NCBI GenBank assembly: GCA_028875055.1
Contig: JAPPGG010000072.1
Location: 51,032-115,031 of the forward strand
Direction of reading: 5' to 3'
DNA length: 64,000 nt
Source: Chloroflexota bacterium
GTDB lineage: Bacteria; Chloroflexota; Dehalococcoidia; Lucifugimonadales; UBA3495
The notes under the pieces are model-generated. The model saw only the letters and a list, made by a program, of their open reading frames with translations, was not told the origin of the DNA and ran no database searches. Shown piece after piece: positions 36,099 to 44,267 of this stretch. Position numbers and translations under genes: made by a program. The first letter of the stretch is position 1, and the number at the start of each line of letters is the position of its first letter.

Positions 36099-36126
36099 AG
36101 GGGGGACGCGCCGACGTCCCCTCTTT
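36099..36126 (+). terminator. Intrinsic terminator of the pspA operon
   Basis: GGGGGGACG-CGCCGA-CGTCCCCTC stem of 9-10 bp, followed by TTT. Confidence 0.55.
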
Positions 36127-36152
36127 CTGCCTCAATCCCCGTCCTTGAACCC

Positions 36153-37469
36153 TTACCCTTGCGTCTCCACCACCGGCGCCGGACGAATCGGTCGCCGGAC
36201 CGATGCGGGATCAATGCCGGCGCGCATGGCCGACATCACCCCTGCAGCCTCCCAGTAATTCTCCACCACGTAGAACTGTCCCGTTTGCCAGGGAAGCATT
36301 TCCAGGTCGTTCCGCATCAGGTTCCGGTTCTCTCTTACGGCGATCACCTTGATCCCCTGTTCCAGCGCCGCAAGCACCGGCAGCCCCAGGCAACCCTCCG
36401 GAATCACCAGGCAGGAAATGTTCGACGCGCCAATGACGCCCGGATGGGCCATGGCGGCAGCATCGGTAGTCAGGGCAGGGCTCTGCTGCAACCCCTTCAG
36501 AATGCATTGAATCAGCGCCAGGGAAACTCCCTCCGCTGCCATGCGAGGGTCAATAATCCCCGGGTCGGCGTTGGCAATGGCCTGGGTCTCCAGCATGGGC
36601 GCGTGGGCCGACGGCACGTCCAGCATTGCGGAAACGGCATGCGTCAGCATGGCTTCCACCCCGCCCCAGGGATTTACCATCTCCCCGTTGCTGTCAAAGT
36701 ACTCGGCGTGGAAGCCTTCTGGGACATTTATCTGGGAGGATATGGCGACGGCATCAAACTGCCCCCTGTACTCTTCCAGGGCGTCCAGAACGCGTTCCAG
36801 GCCCCTGACTTTGCCCGCTGCCCTCCCCGACCCCACATAGGCTGATGCCATCTCGAACTCCGGGCCCAGCCTGACCATCCCCGGGACAGCCAGTCCATAT
36901 GTGGCGCGGGCCGCGTTAACCGAGTTTATGGCGGCGTTCAGGAACAGCTCGTCATTGTGGTGACCCAGCAGAACCAGGACCCGGTTGCTGCGGGTTCGCT
37001 GCAGTCCCACCGCTCCCATCAGGAGCCGCGAGATTATGCTCCCTTCCACGTAAAGCGCATTCCCCGGAATGTCGATGATGTCCGATGCATTGACTACGTT
37101 GGGGTGGGTGATCAGGGTGTCGCAGGCGGCAGACAGCAGCTTTGCCACCGGCGTGGCATCCCCCGCATGCCCCCCAATTTCGGCCCCAATTCCCGTGGGA
37201 ACCAACAACACGCAGGTAAAATTCCCCACGTTCTCAAAGGAGCGGCGATGAAACTGGAATATGGAAGAGGGAGGCGCTCCTTCCCACTCCGACAGTATGC
37301 TTACTTCGCAGTTGAACGCTTCGCCGGAGGACGAAGTCACCGCCAGCCTGACGGGCCATTCACCCGCAACAAGCTGCCGCCCAACGCCATCTCCCAGATC
37401 CGCCAAAGCGGCTCCGGACCGGACGTCCACGGGGACGGTCAATTCCCTTTCATGAAGGATGGCTGGCAT
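36153..37469 (-). CDS. DUF3326 family protein
   Basis: LLVPTGIGAEIGGHAGDATPVAKLL...THPNVVNASD is the conserved DUF3326 core as I recall it. The start ATG at 37469 overlaps the nspC 3' end by 20 nt. Confidence 0.75.
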   Translation of the reverse strand: MPAILHERELTVPVDVRSGAALADLGDGVGRQLVAGEWPVRLAVTSSSGEAFNCEVSILSEWEGAPPSSIFQFHRRSFENVGNFTCVLLVPTGIGAEIGGHAGDATPVAKLLSAACDTLITHPNVVNASDIIDIPGNALYVEGSIISRLLMGAVGLQRTRSNRVLVLLGHHNDELFLNAAINSVNAARATYGLAVPGMVRLGPEFEMASAYVGSGRAAGKVRGLERVLDALEEYRGQFDAVAISSQINVPEGFHAEYFDSNGEMVNPWGGVEAMLTHAVSAMLDVPSAHAPMLETQAIANADPGIIDPRMAAEGVSLALIQCILKGLQQSPALTTDAAAMAHPGVIGASNISCLVIPEGCLGLPVLAALEQGIKVIAVRENRNLMRNDLEMLPWQTGQFYVVENYWEAAGVMSAMRAGIDPASVRRPIRPAPVVETQG

Positions 37470-38622
37470 TAGTTTTCCATCGTCCGGCGTAGTCCTCGTA
37501 GTCAAACTCCCTCAGCAGCCTGAGCCGCCCTTCCGGGCTGACCGCGTAAAGAGTTGGCAGATTGACACCGTTGAAGGTGTGGGCCTTGGCCAGGGTATAG
37601 GAACCGGCATTCTTGAATACCACCCGGTCTCCCACCTCTAGCGGACGCTCAAATCTGTACTCTCCGAATACATCGCCGGCCAGGCAGGTGCACCCGGCCA
37701 GCAGGTACTCCCATTTCCCGTCGTCCTGGTGACCATCCACGTCCGGCCCAAAGTCGAACTCCAGCAGTTCCGGCATGTGGTTGACTGTGGTGTCCAGCAC
37801 TGCGACCATCTTCCCGCCGCTGTCGAAAATGTCCAGCGCCGTGCTGACCATGTGCCCCGCGGAACGGGCAAAGGCCGTGCCGGGTTCAAGAAAAACCATC
37901 AGGTCGTATTCCCCGCGCAGGTGTTCGATGGTCGCACGCAGGGGGGCCAGGTCAACCCCCTCCGGCAACAGGTAGCCTCCGCCCAGGTTTATCCACGACG
38001 CCTGCTCCAGCAGATGGGGCAGCCGCTGCTCGAGGCAGTCCACCGTCTGTTGCAGCTCAAGGAAATCGGTAGATTCGCAGTTTGTATGCACCAGCAATCC
38101 CTCGGGCTTCCCGACGCCCAGTCCCTCCAGGCTGTCCATGCCGGCCAGGACGTCAATGGGAATGCCCAGCTTCGAGTGTTCGCGGCACGGGTCATACCGT
38201 TCGTCGTCAAGAAAGGACATTCCCGGATTGACCCTCAGTCCCGGGCTGGCCCGGCCATCAAAATAAGCCCCGGTGTTGCGCCATTGCCCCAGGCTGTTGA
38301 AGGAGACATAATCGCACAGGCCCGCCAGCTCCGAAGCGTCTCGAAGCCTGATTCCGGGGCTGGTGAAATGGATGGAACTGGGCTCTCCCACGACCGAGCG
38401 CGCCAGCCTGGCTTCAAACACCGAACTCGCTGCGAAGCCGCTCAGCCTCGGCGCCATCAGCTCCAGCATTGGCGGGAGGGGCAGGGGTTTGAGGGAATAG
38501 AGCATCCTGCAGCCTGTCTCCCTCTGCAGGGACTCGGCAACCTCCAGAACCCGCAGAATCTCTCCCTCATCGTAAACGAGGGCCGGGGTATTCACGGCAT
38601 CAAGCAGGCTGCTTAACTGCAT
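37450..38622 (-). CDS. nspC: Carboxynorspermidine/carboxyspermidine decarboxylase
   Basis: 390 aa. PALVYDE...LYSLKPLP (PLP-Lys region), GGGY and CLAGD(V/I)FGEY are characteristic of the CANSDC branch of alanine-racemase-fold decarboxylases. Confidence 0.8.
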   Translation of the reverse strand: MQLSSLLDAVNTPALVYDEGEILRVLEVAESLQRETGCRMLYSLKPLPLPPMLELMAPRLSGFAASSVFEARLARSVVGEPSSIHFTSPGIRLRDASELAGLCDYVSFNSLGQWRNTGAYFDGRASPGLRVNPGMSFLDDERYDPCREHSKLGIPIDVLAGMDSLEGLGVGKPEGLLVHTNCESTDFLELQQTVDCLEQRLPHLLEQASWINLGGGYLLPEGVDLAPLRATIEHLRGEYDLMVFLEPGTAFARSAGHMVSTALDIFDSGGKMVAVLDTTVNHMPELLEFDFGPDVDGHQDDGKWEYLLAGCTCLAGDVFGEYRFERPLEVGDRVVFKNAGSYTLAKAHTFNGVNLPTLYAVSPEGRLRLLREFDYEDYAGRWKTNASHPS

Positions 38623-38700
38623 CGGGCGTATAGCCGGAACGGTCCGGGCTTCCCACCCAGGTTGCCCTGAATCGAGAAGCCCGAGACCGAAAATCAGTGG

Positions 38701-39315
38701 CTAACGCATGGGGGAGAAGGAGGCGGGAATCAGGACCTTGTTCTCCTGGCGAATGCGGCCCGGCGCGCCCGAGGGCCAGTTGGGAGTGCCGCTGGAGGCC
38801 TTCCGGATTTCGTCCCGGTGGTTCAGGTCCTTGTAGGGCCAGACGTGCATCCACCGATTAAGCCCGCCCAGCTCGGAGTGCATGGCGGCCACGCAGGGTG
38901 AGAACTGCTCCCTCCAGGGAAGGGCCTTTTCCCACCGGTTGAGCAATTCGGGAATTGAGCCGGGCTTGTAGGTGTAAATGCGCATTTCGTACACGTTGCC
39001 CAGTTCCTGTCCGCCGCCCAGGGGTCGCATGAAGGATGCCGGGTTCCAGATTTCCGACTCCATCGTCATGATCATGCTGGTGTCGCGGGGCGGCCAGTTG
39101 GGGTCCTTGGCGGCCTCGGCGCGAATCTTCTCCCGTTCCAGCAGGTCTTCGTATCCCCAGACATGGACGACCTGGTTCAGGGTGCCGATGTCCGTGTGCC
39201 AGAATGCTGCCAGCGGGGAGTATTTCTCCCGGTGGGGCAGCGCTTCGGCAAAGCTCTCCTCGAACTGGGGCACCGTGCCGGGTTCCAGGGTGTAGGTCCG
39301 AACTTCGTAAATCAT
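38701..39315 (-). CDS. NIPSNAP family protein (two tandem NIPSNAP domains)
   Basis: MIYEVRTYTL...VVHVWGYEDL and YEMRIYTYKPG...WMHVWPYKDL are two repeats of the NIPSNAP pattern. Confidence 0.8.
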   Translation of the reverse strand: MIYEVRTYTLEPGTVPQFEESFAEALPHREKYSPLAAFWHTDIGTLNQVVHVWGYEDLLEREKIRAEAAKDPNWPPRDTSMIMTMESEIWNPASFMRPLGGGQELGNVYEMRIYTYKPGSIPELLNRWEKALPWREQFSPCVAAMHSELGGLNRWMHVWPYKDLNHRDEIRKASSGTPNWPSGAPGRIRQENKVLIPASFSPMR

Positions 39316-39407
39316 AGCTTCTCCTGGTTTATTGGAACTTGTTGGCCATTGGGGCCGTTTCCCTGCCTGGGCCCTCCGACCGGCGATTCAGCCTGCCGCC
39401 TCCGCGC

Positions 39408-40217
39408 TCAGGGAATCTCCACGCCTCGCCACTGCCTCCGGTCGCCCACCCTGACGAAGTGGCCGAATCCCGGGTCCGGAAAGTGTCCCGCTGAGACCAG
39501 TATGCCTTCGGCCTCCAGCATATCCAGCACCGCGTGACGGGTACTGCGGGATGTCTCCGGCTGGACGTCAAAGATGGGGTTCCAGTCGGTGTAGTGGGCC
39601 TGGGCCGGCGTATGGGCCACGTCTCCAAGAATATAACCCCGATGGCCCTGGGATGCAATCACGATGGAAACGTGGCCGGGGGTGTGTCCCGGCGTCGAAA
39701 CCGTCGCAAGCTCCTCCGTAATGTGGTAATCGTCATCAATGAGGTCCATGATCTTCAGTTCAGCCAGGGGGAGCACCTGGCTGGAAATATGAGGCGCGTT
39801 GGATGCCACCGACTCCTGCGTCCAGTGGTCCCAGTCCCGCCGGGGAATCAGGTAGCGGGCGTTGGGAAAGGTGGGCTGACCGTCCGTCAGGTTCCAGCCC
39901 ACGTGGTCCGGATGCAGGTGCGTGAAGACCACCAGGTCCACCGCATTGCGGTCCACACCCTTCCTCTCCATATCCGTCAGCAGGGCGCCGTCGGGAGCCT
40001 GCAGGCCGGTATCGACAATTATCAGCTTGCCGCCGGAACGGACCGCCGTGGTTCCGTATCGGCTGCGAATCTGTTCCTCGGGGTCCAGCAACTCGGGAAA
40101 CTCCCTCCACTGCTCAATGGTGGTTTCGGGAAAGGGCATAAAGGGCGAGCGTATGGGTTCGCCGTCGTTCAGGGAAATCAGTTCCACATTGCCAACGCTT
40201 ATCGAATAACCGGGCAT
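39408..40217 (-). CDS. MBL-fold metallo-hydrolase
   Basis: THLHPDHVGW (HxHxDH), a later TPGHTPGH, and a C-terminal His. Confidence 0.85.
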   Translation of the reverse strand: MPGYSISVGNVELISLNDGEPIRSPFMPFPETTIEQWREFPELLDPEEQIRSRYGTTAVRSGGKLIIVDTGLQAPDGALLTDMERKGVDRNAVDLVVFTHLHPDHVGWNLTDGQPTFPNARYLIPRRDWDHWTQESVASNAPHISSQVLPLAELKIMDLIDDDYHITEELATVSTPGHTPGHVSIVIASQGHRGYILGDVAHTPAQAHYTDWNPIFDVQPETSRSTRHAVLDMLEAEGILVSAGHFPDPGFGHFVRVGDRRQWRGVEIP

Positions 40218-40503
40218 GAATTGCCTCCTTCCTGATGCTCTGATTGACCATGCTCGATTCGGGGGACCTGTCGAGTGGGCTGACCGCCGGACTGCGTGGT
40301 ACCGCAGGCTTTTTGGCCAGGGAGCCGGGCGAATTGCCGCCTATACTACCCCGGCTGCCAGCGGCGGGCAACGGCGACGGCAGCCAGTTAGCAATTGAGG
40401 GCCGGCGACCCGCCAGAAAACGGTTAGCCCTGATGAGAGAACTTCGTCGTCTTTGCCAGCTGGCTGATATACTGGAACAAAGGCAACTTGGAGGTCCAGC
40501 GCG

Positions 40504-41964
40504 ATGCCGGTGCGGACTGGTGCGGAATATCTGCAGGGGTTGAGGGACCGTCCTCCCGAGGTGTGGGTGGGCGGAGAACGGGTAAAGGATGTCACGGTCC
40601 ATCCTGGATTTGCCAACGGCGCCAGGTCCGTCGCCGCCCTCTATGACATGCAGAATGAGCCCGGCCTTCGCGAGGAAATGACCTATCTTTCCCCGGCATC
40701 GGGCGAACGTGTAGGCCTGTCCTTCATCGCGCCGGAAAATCTCGAAGACCTGGAACGGCGGCGCGGGATGTTCTACAGGTGGGCCAGCTGGCACGGCGGC
40801 ATGATGGGACGGACTCCCGACTATATGAACGCCGCCTTCGTGGCAATGGCCTCCGCCGCTCCTTATTTCGACCAGGACCGGAAGGGCTTTGGCGACAATG
40901 TCAGGAACTACTATGAGCTGATCCGCGAGCAGGACCTGTGCCTCACCCACACCCTCGTTAATCCCCAGCGCAGCCGCTCTCCCCAGCGTTACATTACCGA
41001 TTCCCTGGCCGAGGACGTAGCCCTGAAGGTTATCCGGGAGACTGATGCCGGCATAGTGGTGCGCGGCGCGCGGGTGCTGGCCACCCTGGGTCCGCTCTCC
41101 GACGAGATCGCGGTCTATCCTTCCCGCTCGCACCACACCGCCGACAACGCCGAGCAATATGCCGTGTCCTTCTCCATCCCCAGTAGCACCCCCGGTCTGC
41201 GCTACATTTGCCGGGAGAGTTTTGACTACGGCCGTTCTCCCTTTGACCATCCCCTGGGCTCCCGCTTCGAGGAAATGGACGCGGTTGCCATTTTCGATAA
41301 CGTCCTGGTTCCCTGGGAGCGGGTTTTCCTGCTGGGCAGCGTGGAAAGCTGCAACAATATGACCAACCGGACGGGCTGGATCTTCCACAGTTTCCACCAG
41401 GTGGTCACCCGCATCCTCGCCAAGACCGAGTTCCTCCTGGGCACCGCCTCGCTGATGGTGGAAACCCTGGGCTCCGGGGAACAACCCCACGTTCAGGAAC
41501 GCATCGCCGAGATGATAATGCAGCTGGAAATCATCAAGGCTTTGCTGCGGACGGCCGAGGTGGACGCCGCCCCGGACGAATGGGGTCTCCTGACGCCGGC
41601 CCGGTTTCCCCTGACCGTCGCGGAGAATATGTACGCCCGGAGCTTCTACCCCCGGATGGTGGAGATTATGCAGCTGCTGGGCTCCAGCAGCCTGATGGCC
41701 CTTCCCAGCGAAGCCGATTTCGACTCTGAGATTGGCCCGGACCTTCAGCACTACCTGGCCACCGACACCGCTACTGCCATAGACCGTACCAGGCTTTTCC
41801 ACCTGGCCTGGGATATTTCCTGCAGCGCTTTTGGTTCCCGCAGCCTGCACTACGAGCGTTTCTTTGCCGGCGACCTGGTACGCAACGCCCAGATAATGTA
41901 CGCCACCTACGACCGCTCACCCATGATGGACGCCGTCCGCCGGTTCCTGGAACGGGAGGGCTGA
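40504..41964 (+). CDS. HpaB-family flavin-dependent monooxygenase oxygenase component (4-hydroxyphenylacetate 3-monooxygenase-like)
   Basis: MPVRTGAEYLQGLRDRPPEVWVGGERVKDV is the typical HpaB N-terminus. 486 aa with an acyl-CoA-dehydrogenase-like fold. Confidence 0.85.
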   Translation: MPVRTGAEYLQGLRDRPPEVWVGGERVKDVTVHPGFANGARSVAALYDMQNEPGLREEMTYLSPASGERVGLSFIAPENLEDLERRRGMFYRWASWHGGMMGRTPDYMNAAFVAMASAAPYFDQDRKGFGDNVRNYYELIREQDLCLTHTLVNPQRSRSPQRYITDSLAEDVALKVIRETDAGIVVRGARVLATLGPLSDEIAVYPSRSHHTADNAEQYAVSFSIPSSTPGLRYICRESFDYGRSPFDHPLGSRFEEMDAVAIFDNVLVPWERVFLLGSVESCNNMTNRTGWIFHSFHQVVTRILAKTEFLLGTASLMVETLGSGEQPHVQERIAEMIMQLEIIKALLRTAEVDAAPDEWGLLTPARFPLTVAENMYARSFYPRMVEIMQLLGSSSLMALPSEADFDSEIGPDLQHYLATDTATAIDRTRLFHLAWDISCSAFGSRSLHYERFFAGDLVRNAQIMYATYDRSPMMDAVRRFLEREG

Positions 41965-42129
41965 CAACGCCGCCTTCCCACGACCACAGCCTGCGTCCCC
42001 GCACCCGGCGCTTGCCCTTTGACCGGCCACTCTTCTTAACTTGCCCCTGCCGGCGGCCGTGATCCTCGTCATCCGATGCTGGCGGGCCACAATTCGGCCT
42101 GTGCATTGCCGGCAATTGCTGAAGGGGCC

Positions 42130-42303
42130 CTACCGCCATTCCTTCATAGAATCCGCAATCCTCTCTGGGTAGTCCGGCCCCGCCAGCAGCAGCGCCGACC
42201 GCTCCGGGTTTTCCGAAAGGCGCGAGGTCAGCACGCAGCCCGATGAACCCGCTTCCGCCACGATTACGCCGTACTTCAGGGCTAAGTCTCCAGTCCCGGC
42301 ATT
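42130..42303 (-). pseudogene. Remnant of the N-terminus of a GMC-family oxidoreductase
   Basis: The minus strand reads ...LKYGVIVAEAGSSGCVLTSRLSENPERSALLLAGPDYPERIADSMKEWR*. Compare [41 protein letters not shown] of the intact GMC gene at 47349. There is no start codon, the GxGxxG motif is degraded, and a stop follows after about 50 codons. Confidence 0.55.
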
Positions 42304-42395
42304 GTATTCAGGGGAATTATCGCGGGCGGGGTGGCCAGGGACGGACCGCGCCTCTCCAGGAACCAGCGCTCAATAGCCGCAGTGACCTTTGACCC

Positions 42396-43109
42396 TCAGG
42401 CGGATGCGCCCTCCAGCGCTTCCCGGGCCTGGTGGAAAATGGTGTCAAACATTTCCGTAGTAAGCTTACCCGTCTGGGTGTTCTGGCGGCTGGGATGGTA
42501 GGAAGAGATCAAGGTCACGCCACCTTCCATCTCCCTAGTTGCGCCATGCCCGAATTTCGGCAAAGGCCGGGGATTGGCCAGGCCGGCCGCAGCGCGGGTT
42601 TGCAGGTAAGCATCGAAGGCAAACTTGCCCAGCGCCACCACTACCTCGACCCGCTGCAGCAGTTCCAGTTCCAGGACCAGGAAGGGCTGGCATTCCGACT
42701 TCTCCGCAGGTAACGGCTTGTTTTCCGGCGGGGCGCAACGCACGGCATTGGTAATGTAGGCATCCGTCAAAGCCAGCCCGTCATCCAGGGACAGGGAAGA
42801 GGGCTGGTTGGCGAACCCGGCTCGGTACAACGCCCCGTAGAGCCAGTCCCCGCTGGGGTCTCCCGTGAAGGAACGACCGGTCCGGTTGCCGCCATGGGCC
42901 GCCGGCGCCAAGCCCAATACCAGCAGCCGCGCGTTGCAGTCGCCAAATGGTGGCACAGGTCTTCCCCAGTACTCCTGGTCACGGAATCTGGCCACCTTTT
43001 CCCTGGCAACCTTCTCCCGGTGGGCCACCAGCCGTGGACACCGGCTGCATTCGACTATTTGCCCATGAAGGGCTGAAAGAGATTGAGCTTGACCCAAGTT
43101 CATCTGCAC
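42396..43109 (-). CDS. Uracil-DNA glycosylase superfamily protein (family 5 / UdgB-like)
   Basis: CSRCPRL (Fe-S Cys), GLAPAAHGGNRTGRSFTGD motif A and SSYHPSRQN motif B. Confidence 0.8.
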   Translation of the reverse strand: MQMNLGQAQSLSALHGQIVECSRCPRLVAHREKVAREKVARFRDQEYWGRPVPPFGDCNARLLVLGLAPAAHGGNRTGRSFTGDPSGDWLYGALYRAGFANQPSSLSLDDGLALTDAYITNAVRCAPPENKPLPAEKSECQPFLVLELELLQRVEVVVALGKFAFDAYLQTRAAAGLANPRPLPKFGHGATREMEGGVTLISSYHPSRQNTQTGKLTTEMFDTIFHQAREALEGASA

Positions 43110-43142
43110 CCGGGGGCGACACCCCTGCCAGGCCCTGGCTTT

Positions 43143-44228
43143 CTAAGCCGTCTTCGCCACGTTGAAGTGGGGCATCACCTCTTCAGCGAAGAGCTGGAGG
43201 GAATGAAGAGTTTGCTCGGTGGTCAGCGAGCCAAAGAAAAAAGAACCCACGAAGTAGTTGGACCCGGTGATGTCCAGGTGTTCCTTCAGAGTCCGGGTTA
43301 CCGTCTCAGGCGAACCGACTATGTGCAGCCCGTCAGCCAGCCTTCCGTCGAAATCCGCCAGGTACGCGGTCCTGCCGGTGTCATCCCCGTTGAGTATGCG
43401 CAGGTGGTTGAAGTTGGCAATAAAATCGGCAAAAGCATCCCTGGCTTCTTTCAAGGCCCTCTCATCCGTGTCAGCCAGGTAAATGTGCCGGGTAATGCCG
43501 AACTTCGGTTCCTCCTCGTGACCGTTCAGGCGGTCAGACCTGGCCACGTTGTCCTGGTAAACTCCCTTGTAGAGTTCTATGTGCTCCCGCATCACTTCCA
43601 TCGGAGGGTAATGGGTGACGGTACTGATGCCCTCGGCGGCAATCCAGCGTATCGAGTCCGGGTTCGCCGTGGGATACCAGAGGGGCGGATAGGGCTGCTG
43701 CCATGGCCGGACGGGAAGCGTCACGTCCTTGAAGGTATAGTGCTGTCCCTCATAGTTGACCTTTCCCGTCTTGAGTCCCATCAGGAGAATGTCCAGGGAT
43801 TCCTGGAACATGCTCCGCGACTCATCCACAGAGATGTCGAAGAAGTCCAGCTCATAAGCCGAGATGCCCCGGCCCAGGCCAACTTCCAGCCGGCCCCGGC
43901 TCAGGTTGTCCAGCATGCAGATTTCCTCTGCCAGCCGCAGGGGATTGTAGAAAGGTAGCGGATACACCAGCGGACCCATGCGCAGGTTCCTGGTGCGCTG
44001 GAACGCCGCCGAAAGAAAAACGCTGGGAGACGGCGCCATCCCCAGGGGCGTCCCCTGGTGCTCTGCCATGTGGTAGCAGTAGAAGCCGGCCCGGTCAGCG
44101 TACTCCAGAAACTTCAGCCGTTGTTCGTACAGATCGGCTGCATCGCCCCCATTGGAATCAATCCAGTCGAAAATTCCGAACCTGACGGGTGCGGCTCTCC
44201 CTTCGGCAGCCAGTCTTTCCACCATCAC
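43143..44228 (-). CDS. LLM-class (luciferase-like) flavin-dependent oxidoreductase
   Basis: 361 aa. VRFGIFD...YHMAEHQGTPLGM and an overall luciferase-like TIM barrel pattern. Confidence 0.85.
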   Translation of the reverse strand: MMVERLAAEGRAAPVRFGIFDWIDSNGGDAADLYEQRLKFLEYADRAGFYCYHMAEHQGTPLGMAPSPSVFLSAAFQRTRNLRMGPLVYPLPFYNPLRLAEEICMLDNLSRGRLEVGLGRGISAYELDFFDISVDESRSMFQESLDILLMGLKTGKVNYEGQHYTFKDVTLPVRPWQQPYPPLWYPTANPDSIRWIAAEGISTVTHYPPMEVMREHIELYKGVYQDNVARSDRLNGHEEEPKFGITRHIYLADTDERALKEARDAFADFIANFNHLRILNGDDTGRTAYLADFDGRLADGLHIVGSPETVTRTLKEHLDITGSNYFVGSFFFGSLTTEQTLHSLQLFAEEVMPHFNVAKTA

Positions 44229-44267
44229 CTATTCTCCGCTGCGAATTCCGACACCGGTCGCCGGTCC

